Program-made: the position numbers and the translations under genes
NCBI GenBank assembly: GCA_002011125.2
Contig: MTMF02000009.1
Span: forward strand, 808,989-872,988
Reading direction: 5' to 3'
Origin: Candidatus Hydrothermarchaeum profundi
Lineage (GTDB): Archaea; Hydrothermarchaeota; Hydrothermarchaeia; Hydrothermarchaeales; Hydrothermarchaeaceae
DNA: 64,000 nt
Part shown: piece by piece, positions 39,098 to 48,995 of the stretch
How positions within the stretch are numbered: the first letter of the stretch is position 1
How the letters are laid out: each line of letters starts with the position of its first letter
The notes under the pieces: generated by a model
Database searches by the model: none
Told to the model about the DNA's origin: nothing
The model's input: only the letters and a program-made list of their open reading frames with translations

Positions 39098-40042
39098 ATG
39101 GACAAGGATACGATAATGGCAATTGCTGACGCATATAGGGAGTCTAAAATCCTCCTTGCTGCCAATGAGTATGATATCTTCACTATTCTATCAAAAAGAC
39201 CGTTAATGTCTGTAGAGCTGGCAGAGTTAGTTAACGCAGACACTAGGGCATTGGAATTGTTGATGAACTCTCTTGTCGCCATGGGGTTTTTGAAAAAGAA
39301 TCGTGATAAATATTCAAACACTAAGGTTGCTGAAAAATACTTGGTTAAAAATACGCCTGATTATATTGGAGACTGGGTAAGACACGCAAATGATGGATAC
39401 CTTACTTGGGGCCGTCTTGAAGAGAGGGTATTTAAGAGCAAGCCTGTGAGAAAAGATTGGAAGGAGAGGTTTCTTAGGGCACTTGATAATACAGCTATTG
39501 AAAAGGCAGAAGAAATAATGGATAAGGTAGAATTAAAAGGGAAATGCCTACTAGATTTAGGCGGTGGTTCTGGAGCTTATTCCTGGGTTTTCGTTAAAAA
39601 ACGGGGAGGTAAGGCAACTATTGTTGAGACTCCAGAGATGGCTGATTTTACGAGGAAAATCCTTCAAGAAAAAAATGCGGAAAACATAGACGTTATTGAG
39701 GGGGATTTTTTAAAAGACCCTATTGGAGAAAGCTATGATATTGCTCTTATTTCTAACATAATCCACTTTCAAAGCATCGAGGAGAATAAGCTATTAATAA
39801 AGCGAGCATACCAAGCGCTTGTTAGGGGAGGTGCGGTGGTTATACATGATTATCTCCTTAATGATGATATGACAAGTCCTAGATTTGCAACGATATTTGC
39901 TATACATATGCTTTTAAATTCTGATGAAGGGAGGACCTATTCTTGGAGTGAGGTAGAGGGTTGGCTTAGAGAAGCAGGCTTCAGGGATCTACGCAGGTAT
40001 CAGCTTAAAGAGAGCAGGATTATAACCGGGGTGAAGCATTGA
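39098..40042 (+). CDS. Class II O-methyltransferase (dimerisation + SAM domain)
   Basis: LLDLGGGSG, GDFL, SNIIH, GRTYS. Confidence 0.88.
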   Translation: MDKDTIMAIADAYRESKILLAANEYDIFTILSKRPLMSVELAELVNADTRALELLMNSLVAMGFLKKNRDKYSNTKVAEKYLVKNTPDYIGDWVRHANDGYLTWGRLEERVFKSKPVRKDWKERFLRALDNTAIEKAEEIMDKVELKGKCLLDLGGGSGAYSWVFVKKRGGKATIVETPEMADFTRKILQEKNAENIDVIEGDFLKDPIGESYDIALISNIIHFQSIEENKLLIKRAYQALVRGGAVVIHDYLLNDDMTSPRFATIFAIHMLLNSDEGRTYSWSEVEGWLREAGFRDLRRYQLKESRIITGVKH

Positions 40043-40671
40043 AGGAGGATGAGAGGGCAGTAGAAATAATAAAGCGCCTTAAAAAGGAATATTCGAATGC
40101 TAGGACTTCCCTAAAGTTTTCAAACAATTTCGAGATACTTGTTGCGACTATGCTTTCTGCTCAGAGCACAGACAAGCAGGTAAATAAAGTAACTCAAGAG
40201 CTTTTCAAAAAATACCGTAAGCCTGAGGACTACGTAAATGCTCCTCTAAGTGAACTTGAAGAAGACATTAAATCGTTGGGTATTTACCGGAACAAAGCTA
40301 GGAACATTAAAGAGACGGCTAGGATGATAGTTGAAAAGTATGGTTCTAAAGTACCAAAAACTATGGCTGAACTCCTTACTTTGCCCGGAGTTGCACGAAA
40401 AACCGCGAATATAGTTTTAGGGAACGCATATGGTATTGTAGAGGGGATAGCAGTAGACACCCATGTCACAAGGCTCTCTAGAAGGTTAGGTTTGACAAAA
40501 CACAGAGACCAGAACAAGATAGAGAGAGACCTTATGAAAATAATACCTAAAGAAGAATGGTTTAATATAACAAATCTTATGATAGCGCATGGTAGAGCGG
40601 TTTGCGTTGCAAGGAATCCGGCTCATGATAAATGCGTTTTATATGACTTATGTCCCTCTAGGGATACGTAG
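40039..40671 (+). CDS. nth: Endonuclease III
   Basis: LSAQSTD, LPGVARKTAN HhH, AVDTHV; Fe-S motif variant C-X6-H-X2-C-X5-C. Confidence 0.95.
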   Translation: MKEDERAVEIIKRLKKEYSNARTSLKFSNNFEILVATMLSAQSTDKQVNKVTQELFKKYRKPEDYVNAPLSELEEDIKSLGIYRNKARNIKETARMIVEKYGSKVPKTMAELLTLPGVARKTANIVLGNAYGIVEGIAVDTHVTRLSRRLGLTKHRDQNKIERDLMKIIPKEEWFNITNLMIAHGRAVCVARNPAHDKCVLYDLCPSRDT

Positions 40672-40672
40672 G

Positions 40673-41431
40673 CTACTTCTTTATTGCTTTGTATATCTTC
40701 CACTCCCGATACGCTCTATACGAGTCAGATTTCGAAAATGAGCGCAATCCGGCCTTCACGAATAATAGAGGCAGTACTTCGAAAGGCGTATTAAACGCAA
40801 GGAAACCGCCCAGTACTATAAGAGTCCAGCTAGGGGCTCCCAATAAATATGCCATAGCAAGGAAAAGCAAAAAGACAAGAGTGCTTATTATAGGTCCGGT
40901 CGCATGCATTATAGCTCTGTGGAGAGGATCAGCCCTCAGATAGGTCGAGTAATCTGTTTTTAGAGTAGGCTCTATTAAGGCAGGTCCGTCTGGAAAATAG
41001 TATAGGAACCGTATTCCGAATATTCTTCCTACTAGATAGTGCACCAAAGGATGTAGTGTTGTCATTAAGGCAAACGCTCCTATTACTAGGCCAATACCCG
41101 GGATATTTCCTGGGGTTTTGGCTGTATAAAAAACTAGAGTAATAGAAGCTAATGTGGCCGCTATTTCAATTGCATGACCAATATTTAGTGGCATAGTAAT
41201 TTTTGCCCATTTTCGGAAAATCGCCGCGTCTATCCTGCCTATCTGGTCCGCAAACTCCTCGATTAATTCTGGGTTTCTCTTGACTAAGGATACTACCCTA
41301 TAGAAACCCATCTCCTTTACTTGGTAGTTACCTCTCTTGACCTCGCCCTCGATATAATCTAATTTTTTCTTTATCTCATGTTTCTCCATTGAAATAAGAG
41401 TATTATCTCCGAAGCATATAATCTTAACCAA
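40673..41431 (-). CDS. Hypothetical membrane protein (start probably at MEKHE)
   Basis: Several TM segments, HPLVH, HATGP. Confidence 0.7.
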   Translation of the reverse strand: MVKIICFGDNTLISMEKHEIKKKLDYIEGEVKRGNYQVKEMGFYRVVSLVKRNPELIEEFADQIGRIDAAIFRKWAKITMPLNIGHAIEIAATLASITLVFYTAKTPGNIPGIGLVIGAFALMTTLHPLVHYLVGRIFGIRFLYYFPDGPALIEPTLKTDYSTYLRADPLHRAIMHATGPIISTLVFLLFLAMAYLLGAPSWTLIVLGGFLAFNTPFEVLPLLFVKAGLRSFSKSDSYRAYREWKIYKAIKK

Positions 41432-41477
41432 GAAGAGGTGGAACCGTAAGGTGTCGCTTTAGAGCTACCGCAGGATT

Positions 41478-42668
41478 TTAAGGTCTTTTCTTCAAAAGAA
41501 GTTTCATAAACTCTTCTCCTACCAGAGAACCAGCTCTCCCGCTCTTAGCAGCTATTTCATTGAATTCAGTAACACTATCCTTCTCATTAATAGAAGAGTA
41601 TATAGAGAAAGGAACTGGGGTTTTAATATGAGTTCTAACCTTGATAGGCGTGAAATGATCAGGTAAAACCGCTATCTTATATTCTCCTTCTAGCTTATCA
41701 AGTACCCTGCCTAATAGTCTGCGATCAAAATCTTCAATTGTCTTGATTTTCATCTCTAAGTCCCCTGCGTGAGCCGCTTCATCAATGGCTTCAACATGAA
41801 CGTATACGTAATCATGATCTTCAAGGGCTTTGAGGGCGTAGTCCGCTTTTCCCTCATAGTTTGTATCGTAGTATCCTGTTGCACCGGGAACATTTATTAC
41901 ACTCATGCCTGCGTAGACGCCTATCCCCTTGATAAGGTCCACGGCCGAAACTATGGCTCCCTTCACACCATACTTTTGAAATAGGGTTTCCATCTGGGGT
42001 CTTTTTCCCTGTCCCCACAGCCATATCATATTCGCAGGGTTTTTACCTTTCTCCTCCCTTTCAATATTAATAGGGTGCTTAGATAGTATGTTCTTTGAAT
42101 CTAGAATCATATCATTTAGTTTTTCAGCGATGGGGTTATCTCTTGGTTTTATGAGATGATCGGAAATCGTTCCTCCAATTACATCGTGTGGAGGCGTACA
42201 TATTAGATCCTCATCAGCCTCTCTCAATAAAAAGAGATGTCTATAGCTTACACCTGCGTAGAATTCTCCAATCTCACTATAAGATTCGTTGAGTGTATCG
42301 ATTAGTTTTTTAGCCTCCTCAGTGGAGATATGGTCAGCACAGTAGTCTGCTAGTTTTCCGTCTTTCTCGGTTATAAGATTACACCTAAAAGCAATATCCT
42401 TTGAACCCATCTTTACCCCTATACTCGCAGCCTCTAAAGGGCCTCGCCCAGTATAATATTTTCGAGGATCGTAACCAAGAATTGAAAGATTAGCTACATC
42501 AGAGCCTGCGCCCATCTCCTCAGGTATAGTCTTAAGGGTGCCGCTTACACCTCTTGCAGCGACCTCGTCCATATTTGGTGTATTAGCTACTTGAAGCGGG
42601 GTTTTACCTCCAAGCTCTTTTATCGGGTAGTCTGCCATCCCGTCTCCAACTACAACAAGGTATTTCAT
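41478..42668 (-). CDS. apgM: Cofactor-independent phosphoglycerate mutase, AP superfamily (hom-linked subtype)
   Basis: GDGMAD, GSDVAN, GRGPLEA, HVEAIDEAAH, PDHFTP. Confidence 0.9.
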   Translation of the reverse strand: MKYLVVVGDGMADYPIKELGGKTPLQVANTPNMDEVAARGVSGTLKTIPEEMGAGSDVANLSILGYDPRKYYTGRGPLEAASIGVKMGSKDIAFRCNLITEKDGKLADYCADHISTEEAKKLIDTLNESYSEIGEFYAGVSYRHLFLLREADEDLICTPPHDVIGGTISDHLIKPRDNPIAEKLNDMILDSKNILSKHPINIEREEKGKNPANMIWLWGQGKRPQMETLFQKYGVKGAIVSAVDLIKGIGVYAGMSVINVPGATGYYDTNYEGKADYALKALEDHDYVYVHVEAIDEAAHAGDLEMKIKTIEDFDRRLLGRVLDKLEGEYKIAVLPDHFTPIKVRTHIKTPVPFSIYSSINEKDSVTEFNEIAAKSGRAGSLVGEEFMKLLLKKRP

Positions 42669-42722
42669 GGCTCAAGAACTGAAAAGATTGACGTTAAAAA
42701 TTTTTTCTTGGGCGATAGAAAT

Positions 42723-43730
42723 CTAGCTCCTTTTTCTCCATATGCTGATTATATCGCTAAGCAATGCACTGTTGGTCTCAATCGCCCCTGCGCCTTTCCC
42801 GACTATAGTGATCTCTCCTGCTATGTCTGTTTCGAACATTGCTACGTTAAGGGCACCATCTACATTTAACGGATGATTGACAGGAACTAGCCTAGGAGAG
42901 ACCTCTAACCTGCTGTTTCTAACTTCCCCTATAAGTTTTATTACATATCCCTCTTCTTTAGCGAGTTTGACGGCCTCCAAAGTCACCCTTCTTATCCCCT
43001 TCACTCGGACATCCTTATACGAGACATCCATACCCATTAATGCATTCGCTAGGATAACGAGCTTGCTAGCCGTATCAATGCCATCAATGTCGTAAGATGG
43101 GTCTGCCTCAGCAATTCCTAGCTCCTGAGACTCCCTTAGGACTATATCAAAAGGGCTTTCTTTCCTGTGCATTCCCGTCAAAATGTAGTTTGTGGTACCG
43201 TTAAGAATTCCTTCGATAGCGATTATGTCATCCCCGGATAAGCATTCTCTGGCGAGATTTATTATAGGCATGGCTCCTCCGGCAGTGGCTTCATATTTGA
43301 ATTCTACCCCGGTTTTAGATGCAGCCTCTTTCAATTTTTTAAAGCTAAGTGCGAGGGGGCCCTTATTTGAGGTCACGACATGCTTTCCAATCTCAAAGGC
43401 TTTTAGCATATGGCTCATTCCAGGTTCTCCGGTTTCTATGTTGGAGGGAGTCGCTTCTACCACAACATCTGCGGGTACTTCTTCTATTGCCTCAAGACCC
43501 GAAATCTTCTTAGCTCCTGGATAGTCTATTATTTTGCCTGTTTTTTCCATAGTTGCAAGCGCTTTCTGTAAGTTTAGTCCTTTCTCGTCTATTGCGGTGC
43601 CGCTTATATCGGATATCGAAACGACTTGTAGATCTATACCATACCTCTCCCTAAGGCTCCTTGTTTTCTTCAGTAATACCTGAGCAAAGCCTTGGCCGAT
43701 GTTGCCAAACCCTACAAGTTGAACCTTCAT
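42723..43730 (-). CDS. hom: Homoserine dehydrogenase
   Basis: [43 protein letters not shown]. Confidence 0.96.
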   Translation of the reverse strand: MKVQLVGFGNIGQGFAQVLLKKTRSLRERYGIDLQVVSISDISGTAIDEKGLNLQKALATMEKTGKIIDYPGAKKISGLEAIEEVPADVVVEATPSNIETGEPGMSHMLKAFEIGKHVVTSNKGPLALSFKKLKEAASKTGVEFKYEATAGGAMPIINLARECLSGDDIIAIEGILNGTTNYILTGMHRKESPFDIVLRESQELGIAEADPSYDIDGIDTASKLVILANALMGMDVSYKDVRVKGIRRVTLEAVKLAKEEGYVIKLIGEVRNSRLEVSPRLVPVNHPLNVDGALNVAMFETDIAGEITIVGKGAGAIETNSALLSDIISIWRKRS

Positions 43731-44233
43731 TGTCTACCTCCCCATAGAGACTTTATAATAAACAGGTCTTTTTCTTCTGCGATTTCCTCTAGCCTCTCTA
43801 AGGCTTTTTTTACCTTCGCATGTCCGGAAACCTCTATCTCCATCCTAGCAGATGACTCTTTTTCTGGATCCGGCATAGCTAGAGCTACATCCGCAACCAT
43901 AACGCCTTCGATTTCGTTTAACCGATCTATTGTATCTCTTAAGTCTGTGTCGACAATATGTCCAGTAATTACTACGACTATCTTCTCCTTTCTTTTTACC
44001 TCACCAAGCTTGGAAACCCAAATATCTCTTTTTTCAAGCTCGTTTACTATCTTGTTCAATCTATCAGGGTCTTTAACCTCAAAGGTTATATGTACAGGTA
44101 CTCTACCCCCTTTTATGGCTTCCCGCAGATGAACGATGCTTATGATATTCCCGCCGTATTCTGAAATAGGCTCTAGGGCTTTAACTAGCTGCCCTGGAAT
44201 ATCCTTTAGGACCATGTCGAGACTTACTTTCAT
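43727..44233 (-). CDS. Double ACT-domain protein (homoserine dehydrogenase regulator)
   Basis: [20 protein letters not shown]; 4-bp overlap with hom. Confidence 0.85.
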   Translation of the reverse strand: MKVSLDMVLKDIPGQLVKALEPISEYGGNIISIVHLREAIKGGRVPVHITFEVKDPDRLNKIVNELEKRDIWVSKLGEVKRKEKIVVVITGHIVDTDLRDTIDRLNEIEGVMVADVALAMPDPEKESSARMEIEVSGHAKVKKALERLEEIAEEKDLFIIKSLWGGRQ

Positions 44234-44309
44234 GGTTTCTTGTTACCCGGATTTCTTTTTAATTCTTTCGCAAATAGAATTATAATATCCTAGGGAGAAA
44301 TAGATACCG

Positions 44310-45275
44310 ATGGATTTGGTTTCCTTAGCCCAAGAATTAAGGAATTACATTGGGGTAGTAAGAAAGAGGAGAATAGGAACCCTAGTAAAGGAGATCGAAA
44401 AAGTCGATAGCCCCGCGGTATTAGCAAGCTTTGGAGAAGATACAGGGGTAATAGAGCTTGGGGATAGGGCTATACTATTTTCCGCTGAGGGAATATGGGA
44501 TAAGATAGTTAAAAAGAACCCTTATTGGGCTGGTTATTGTTCTGTTATAGTTAATGTTAATGATACACTGGCTATGGGAGGAAAGCCCTTAGCAATAGTT
44601 GATGTGATAGCGTCAAGTAAAGAAGAAGTCTACTTAAAAATGGCGAGAGGATTAAAAGACGCATCAGAAAAATATGGAGTACCCATCGTGAGCGGGCACT
44701 TTCATCCAGACACAGAGTATGACATGATATCAGCAGCTATCATTGGAGAGACAGATAAGGACAGCGTGATTTACAGCCACACTGCTAGGGAGGGTGATTA
44801 TATCATAATGGCTATAGATTTGAGAGGAAAATTGCACCCTGATTTTGAGTTTAACTGGGATAGCATCACAGATAAGAGGAAGGATGAAATAAAGGGACTA
44901 ATTAGGTTGATGGAAAAGCTCGGAGAAGCTAGGCTTGTAAGCGCAGGTAAAGATATTAGCAATCCAGGAATCATAGGCACTCTAGCAATGCTTTGTGAAA
45001 CAAGCGGAGTTGGAGCAATAGTGAACATCAACAGGGTCCCTCGCCCCTTTACAATAGATATTCCTCATTGGCTAAAGGTTTACCCTGGATACGGATTCAT
45101 TTTGACAGCTAGTGAAGAAAATATTAGCCATTGTTTGAAGCTTTTCAGAGAGGAAGGAATAAATGCGGAGGTAGTAGGTAGAGTAGAAAGAGAGATGAAA
45201 GTTATAATATCCGATGGACGAAAAAAGGAGGTTGTTTTTGACCTCGAAAAGGACCGGATCACTGGGACTGTTTAA
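44310..45275 (+). CDS. AIR-synthase/SelD-related protein (methanogenesis marker 2 / sll0787-like)
   Basis: FGEDTGVI, EGIW, PYWAGYCSV.VNVND..AMGG.P, GHFHPD, AGKDISNPG..GTL.ML.E.S. Confidence 0.82.
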   Translation: MDLVSLAQELRNYIGVVRKRRIGTLVKEIEKVDSPAVLASFGEDTGVIELGDRAILFSAEGIWDKIVKKNPYWAGYCSVIVNVNDTLAMGGKPLAIVDVIASSKEEVYLKMARGLKDASEKYGVPIVSGHFHPDTEYDMISAAIIGETDKDSVIYSHTAREGDYIIMAIDLRGKLHPDFEFNWDSITDKRKDEIKGLIRLMEKLGEARLVSAGKDISNPGIIGTLAMLCETSGVGAIVNINRVPRPFTIDIPHWLKVYPGYGFILTASEENISHCLKLFREEGINAEVVGRVEREMKVIISDGRKKEVVFDLEKDRITGTV

Positions 45276-45344
45276 TGGAGGAGGATAGCATATAGGATGC
45301 GAGTACAAAGTCTTAGAAGTGATAATGAGTAATGGATAGGTTTT

Positions 45345-46664
45345 TCAGCGCTCTATTACTGCGAGGAAGGTTGCTAATGGTATTATTAAAGGCTTTGTAG
45401 AGAATTTGTTTTTCGAGATTATGATAAACTCTTTCAAATTTTTAGGGCGAGAGGCTGTGAATTTATCACTCCACTTGACTTCAAATCCCTTTAAACCGTC
45501 TTCATCGTTTATGACGACATCTACTTCGCTGGAATTCCTCCAGTAGAATATGTTCTCTACAATTCCACTTAAATGCGTGGCGACTGAGGACTCTGCGAGT
45601 ATGCTTTCTCGGTTTTTCAATCTTACCATACACCACTCTTCAAATATTTCTAATAAGAGGGGGTCTATGAAATGTATTTTCTTGTTTTTTCCAAATTTTA
45701 TAGTTCTAGCGCTAATGTCTACGTGATAAAGGACGATAAGTGCGAACATAGATCGAAGCAACTCTACATATTTAGCAACAGTCTTCGGTGATTTTATCTC
45801 TATTTCCTTGGATATGCCCTCCCAGCTTACTGGTGTCTGCAATTTTTCAAGAAGGGATTTTAGGATTTCTCTTGCGATGATGTCACTTCTCCCTGATTTA
45901 AGAATCCCAGTTTTTATCCAGCTTAGATATGCTTTCTTCGCTTCCTCTTTTTCTTCTAAAGCCAAAGGAAAGCCGCCATAGTTGAAGTATTTCTCAAGAA
46001 GAGAATTAAGCTCCTTAATAAAAACCATGGCTTGGATCGATTTTTCCTCTAATTCTTCAGTTGTTATTCTTTCAACAGGGGATATCTTCTCATAAAGCTG
46101 AGGGCTCATAACTTTAATGAACTCTCTAAAGGATAAAGGGAGAAGGAGATAGTCACGTCCCTTACCTCTTCTTCCAGGAAAAAGCTCTGTCTGCCTCTTT
46201 ACACTAATACTGGTCGAGCCGGTTAAAACTACAACATCATCTTTTAGTCTCCCTCTGTCTACTAAAGATTTTATTGCCCGATACCATTCAGCAGGAGAGG
46301 TTATCTCGTCTAAGAAAATACATGAGCTTTTTATTTTTGATTTATCTTTTAGTTCTAGATAAGTCTCCAATACTTCGAGAAGTTCCTTATAATCGGCAAG
46401 CTCTTCACAGTTAAAATAAAACAGGCTTCTAGGATCTCTATCTTCAAGAAGCTTCCTAATTAACAATTTTAATGTCGTTGTTTTTCCAACTTGTCTTGGA
46501 CCAAGCAGGATATGAAGTGAAAAAGGTTCTAGCGTAATACTTCCTACTAATTCAGGTGTCCAATGATATTTCCTCTCCTTCCATTTGACAATATCGTAGT
46601 CCTCTTCTATTAATCTCTTATCCTTCCACCAGGCATTCTGTTCAACTAAGATACCTATATCCAT
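45345..46664 (-). CDS. AAA_14 + DUF4143 ATP-binding protein (start corrected to ATG 46664)
   Basis: QNAWW, GPRQVGKTT, FLDEI, TGS, PGRR, GGFP, KIHFIDP, EVD..FEVKW. Confidence 0.9.
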   Translation of the reverse strand: MDIGILVEQNAWWKDKRLIEEDYDIVKWKERKYHWTPELVGSITLEPFSLHILLGPRQVGKTTTLKLLIRKLLEDRDPRSLFYFNCEELADYKELLEVLETYLELKDKSKIKSSCIFLDEITSPAEWYRAIKSLVDRGRLKDDVVVLTGSTSISVKRQTELFPGRRGKGRDYLLLPLSFREFIKVMSPQLYEKISPVERITTEELEEKSIQAMVFIKELNSLLEKYFNYGGFPLALEEKEEAKKAYLSWIKTGILKSGRSDIIAREILKSLLEKLQTPVSWEGISKEIEIKSPKTVAKYVELLRSMFALIVLYHVDISARTIKFGKNKKIHFIDPLLLEIFEEWCMVRLKNRESILAESSVATHLSGIVENIFYWRNSSEVDVVINDEDGLKGFEVKWSDKFTASRPKNLKEFIIISKNKFSTKPLIIPLATFLAVIER

Positions 46665-46665
46665 A

Positions 46666-46717
46666 TCAGTATTTAGAATACCGGTAATTAAATGTTTTTC
46701 GGTATTTAGAATACCGA
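46666..46717. promoter_or_regulatory. Two palindromic operators (TCGGTATT-TAG-AATACCGA) flanking a TATA-like element
   Basis: 46699-46717 is a perfect inverted repeat; 46666-46684 is a 2-mismatch copy; 33-bp period; directly upstream of ATG 46664. Confidence 0.7.
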
Positions 46718-46720
46718 TAA

Positions 46721-47635
46721 TCACCACATCAACTGTAACTGATACTTTGGATGAGGCTTGAATTTCTTCTCAATGATTTCACAGGATATCTCAATATCCT
46801 CGGAAGAGGGAGCCTTCAAATAGTAAAGGTATCCTACCTTTCTAGGATTAAAACCCATTAATTTAGTACAAATAACATCACATTCTACAGGATCGCCTGC
46901 TAGCGCCATATCCCACGGCACAGGGTCTCCTCCAGTAGGACCGGCTCCTTCCATGCCCACGTAGCCGTCTATAACCCCAAGAGCCGGCTTAGAGTATTCT
47001 ATGAGGGTTACGAGGTTCTTATGGATGACTTTTGCTCCCAGTATGTACCTCTCTTTTTCTACTTCTGTTGAAGAGTACAGTTTCCTTAAGACCTTAAACT
47101 TTGATAAATGGGAGGCTACTTTCCTTATGGGTTTTATCGCCATTGCCTTTGAAAAGAGGGATACATAGCCGTGAACCTTGGTTCGATCCCTAGGATGCAC
47201 AAATCCCAGCATGTTCTTAAGGGTCAGAGTTACAATAGCATGGTCATGGGTTTTAGGCAGAGCTAATGATATAATCTGCTCTTTGGCTAGCCTTGATATT
47301 CTTACTTTCTGTGGTTGCCCATATATGTCCAGAAATTCAATTTCATTCCAATCAGAAGTATGATTAATATCCACTAAATCTATTCCATACTCCTTAGCAA
47401 TTGCTTTGTAACCTAGAGAGGAGAAGAGTTCTCCGGTATCCACTGCGCTACCCTCTGCTATAATATCTATATCTATCGAATCAACCACAGCTCTTACTGC
47501 ATCTATATGAGTAGCGGCAAGTCCCCCAGTTACCAGATTAGGCTTCAAAATAGTCTTTCGTTTAGGGAGCCTTATATTTTCAAGAACCGCTTTTATGTTT
47601 TTGTATCTTCCTAACCCTTGGCTTGCGTATATCAT
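46721..47635 (-). CDS. DUF362 family protein
   Basis: LKPNLV, THIDAV, AEGS, PKTH..VTLTLKN, IDG..GMEG.GP. Confidence 0.85.
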   Translation of the reverse strand: MIYASQGLGRYKNIKAVLENIRLPKRKTILKPNLVTGGLAATHIDAVRAVVDSIDIDIIAEGSAVDTGELFSSLGYKAIAKEYGIDLVDINHTSDWNEIEFLDIYGQPQKVRISRLAKEQIISLALPKTHDHAIVTLTLKNMLGFVHPRDRTKVHGYVSLFSKAMAIKPIRKVASHLSKFKVLRKLYSSTEVEKERYILGAKVIHKNLVTLIEYSKPALGVIDGYVGMEGAGPTGGDPVPWDMALAGDPVECDVICTKLMGFNPRKVGYLYYLKAPSSEDIEISCEIIEKKFKPHPKYQLQLMW

Positions 47636-47913
47636 CTGAAGTATCTTATCTCGAAGCTATCAAATTCTCCCTTGTATTCCTCCCACTTAACGTCAACACG
47701 GTCAACCCTGGCATATGAGGGGCCCTTATGGCACCATTTTATTATCTCATCTACCTTTTCTTTCTCTCCCTCAAATACTGCTTCCACTCTACCATCAGGC
47801 AGGTTCCTAACCCAGCCTTTAACTCCTAATCTCACAGCCTCCTCTTTTGTATAAGCCCTGAAAAAAACTCCTTGCACTCGACCGGAGATGTATACATGAG
47901 CCCTGGTCTTCAT
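47632..47913 (-). CDS. acyP: Acylphosphatase
   Basis: [28 protein letters not shown]. Confidence 0.96.
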   Translation of the reverse strand: MKTRAHVYISGRVQGVFFRAYTKEEAVRLGVKGWVRNLPDGRVEAVFEGEKEKVDEIIKWCHKGPSYARVDRVDVKWEEYKGEFDSFEIRYFR

Positions 47914-47958
47914 ATAAGAAACAGTTTATATTTTTTAGATAAATAAAAGTTATCTACG

Positions 47959-48990
47959 ATGCAGTACTCCACTGTAGTTGAATCCCCGTTATATGAGAAG
48001 AAGGGGGACAGGGTCAAATGTGGCATTTGTGAGAGAAGGTGCATAATCCCTCCAGAGAAAAAAGGTTTTTGCAATACTAGAGTAAATATCTCAGGAAGAT
48101 TATATACCTTAGCCTATGGGGATATCAGTGCAGTAGAAAGCAGACCCATAGAGATAAAGCCTTTCTTTCATTTTTATCCAGGCTCAACTGCGCTGACCTT
48201 CTCAACTTGGGGGTGCAACTTCAGGTGCCCTTGGTGTCAGAACTGGCATTTATCTAGAGAGGAGCCAGATCCCAAGAGAGCAAACTATATCCCCCCAGAA
48301 AGGATGATAGAAATGACTGTCCAGTATGGCGATTCCGGTTTATGCGTAAGCTTTCAGGAGCCAACTATGCTTTTTGAATATTCCGTAAGCATATTCCCAA
48401 TGGCAAAATCTAGGGGGTTATACAACTGCTACGTTTCAAATGGATACCTTTCCTCCGAAGCTCTCTCAATGCTACGAAATGCAGGCATGGATGCTATTAA
48501 TATCGATATAAAAGGAGATAGAGAGGTCTACACCAAATACTGTGGGGGAATTGATGTAAACGTGGTCTGGAGGAATGCTGCTGAAGCCAAAAAAATGGGA
48601 ATGCACGTAGAGATGGTAAACCTCATAGTAACCGATGTAAACGATGACGAGGAATGCATCAACTGGATAATCAATTCACATCTTAGAAATCTCGGACCAG
48701 AGATACCACTACATTTCACTAGATATCATCCAGCTTACAAGTTTACTAAGCCCAGCACTAGTGTAGAGATTCTAGAAAATGCCTACAGCTTGGCTAAAGA
48801 TGCTGGTATTATGTACCCTTATTTGGGTAATGTTCCTGGTCATGATTTTGAAAACACGTACTGCCCTAATTGTGGAAAATTGCTGATAAAAAGAATGAGT
48901 TATACTGTGCTACGCTACGAGATAACAGAGAAGAAGAAATGCCCGAAGTGTGGTGAGAGTATACCAATCTACGGTTCTTATAGGAGGTGA
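47959..48990 (+). CDS. amrS: AmmeMemoRadiSam-type radical SAM enzyme
   Basis: C..C.R.C N-terminal cluster, PIEIKPFFHFYPG, GCNFRCPWCQNW, PLHFTRYHP, GNVPGH..ENTYCP.C. Confidence 0.88.
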   Translation: MQYSTVVESPLYEKKGDRVKCGICERRCIIPPEKKGFCNTRVNISGRLYTLAYGDISAVESRPIEIKPFFHFYPGSTALTFSTWGCNFRCPWCQNWHLSREEPDPKRANYIPPERMIEMTVQYGDSGLCVSFQEPTMLFEYSVSIFPMAKSRGLYNCYVSNGYLSSEALSMLRNAGMDAINIDIKGDREVYTKYCGGIDVNVVWRNAAEAKKMGMHVEMVNLIVTDVNDDEECINWIINSHLRNLGPEIPLHFTRYHPAYKFTKPSTSVEILENAYSLAKDAGIMYPYLGNVPGHDFENTYCPNCGKLLIKRMSYTVLRYEITEKKKCPKCGESIPIYGSYRR

Positions 48991-48995
48991 TAGGT

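Noticed and set aside
44310-45275. Selenophosphate synthetase or selenocysteine recoding
   Set aside because: Lacks the N-terminal Cys/Sec-x-x-Lys SelD motif; no in-frame UGA extension was evident in the redox genes I checked.
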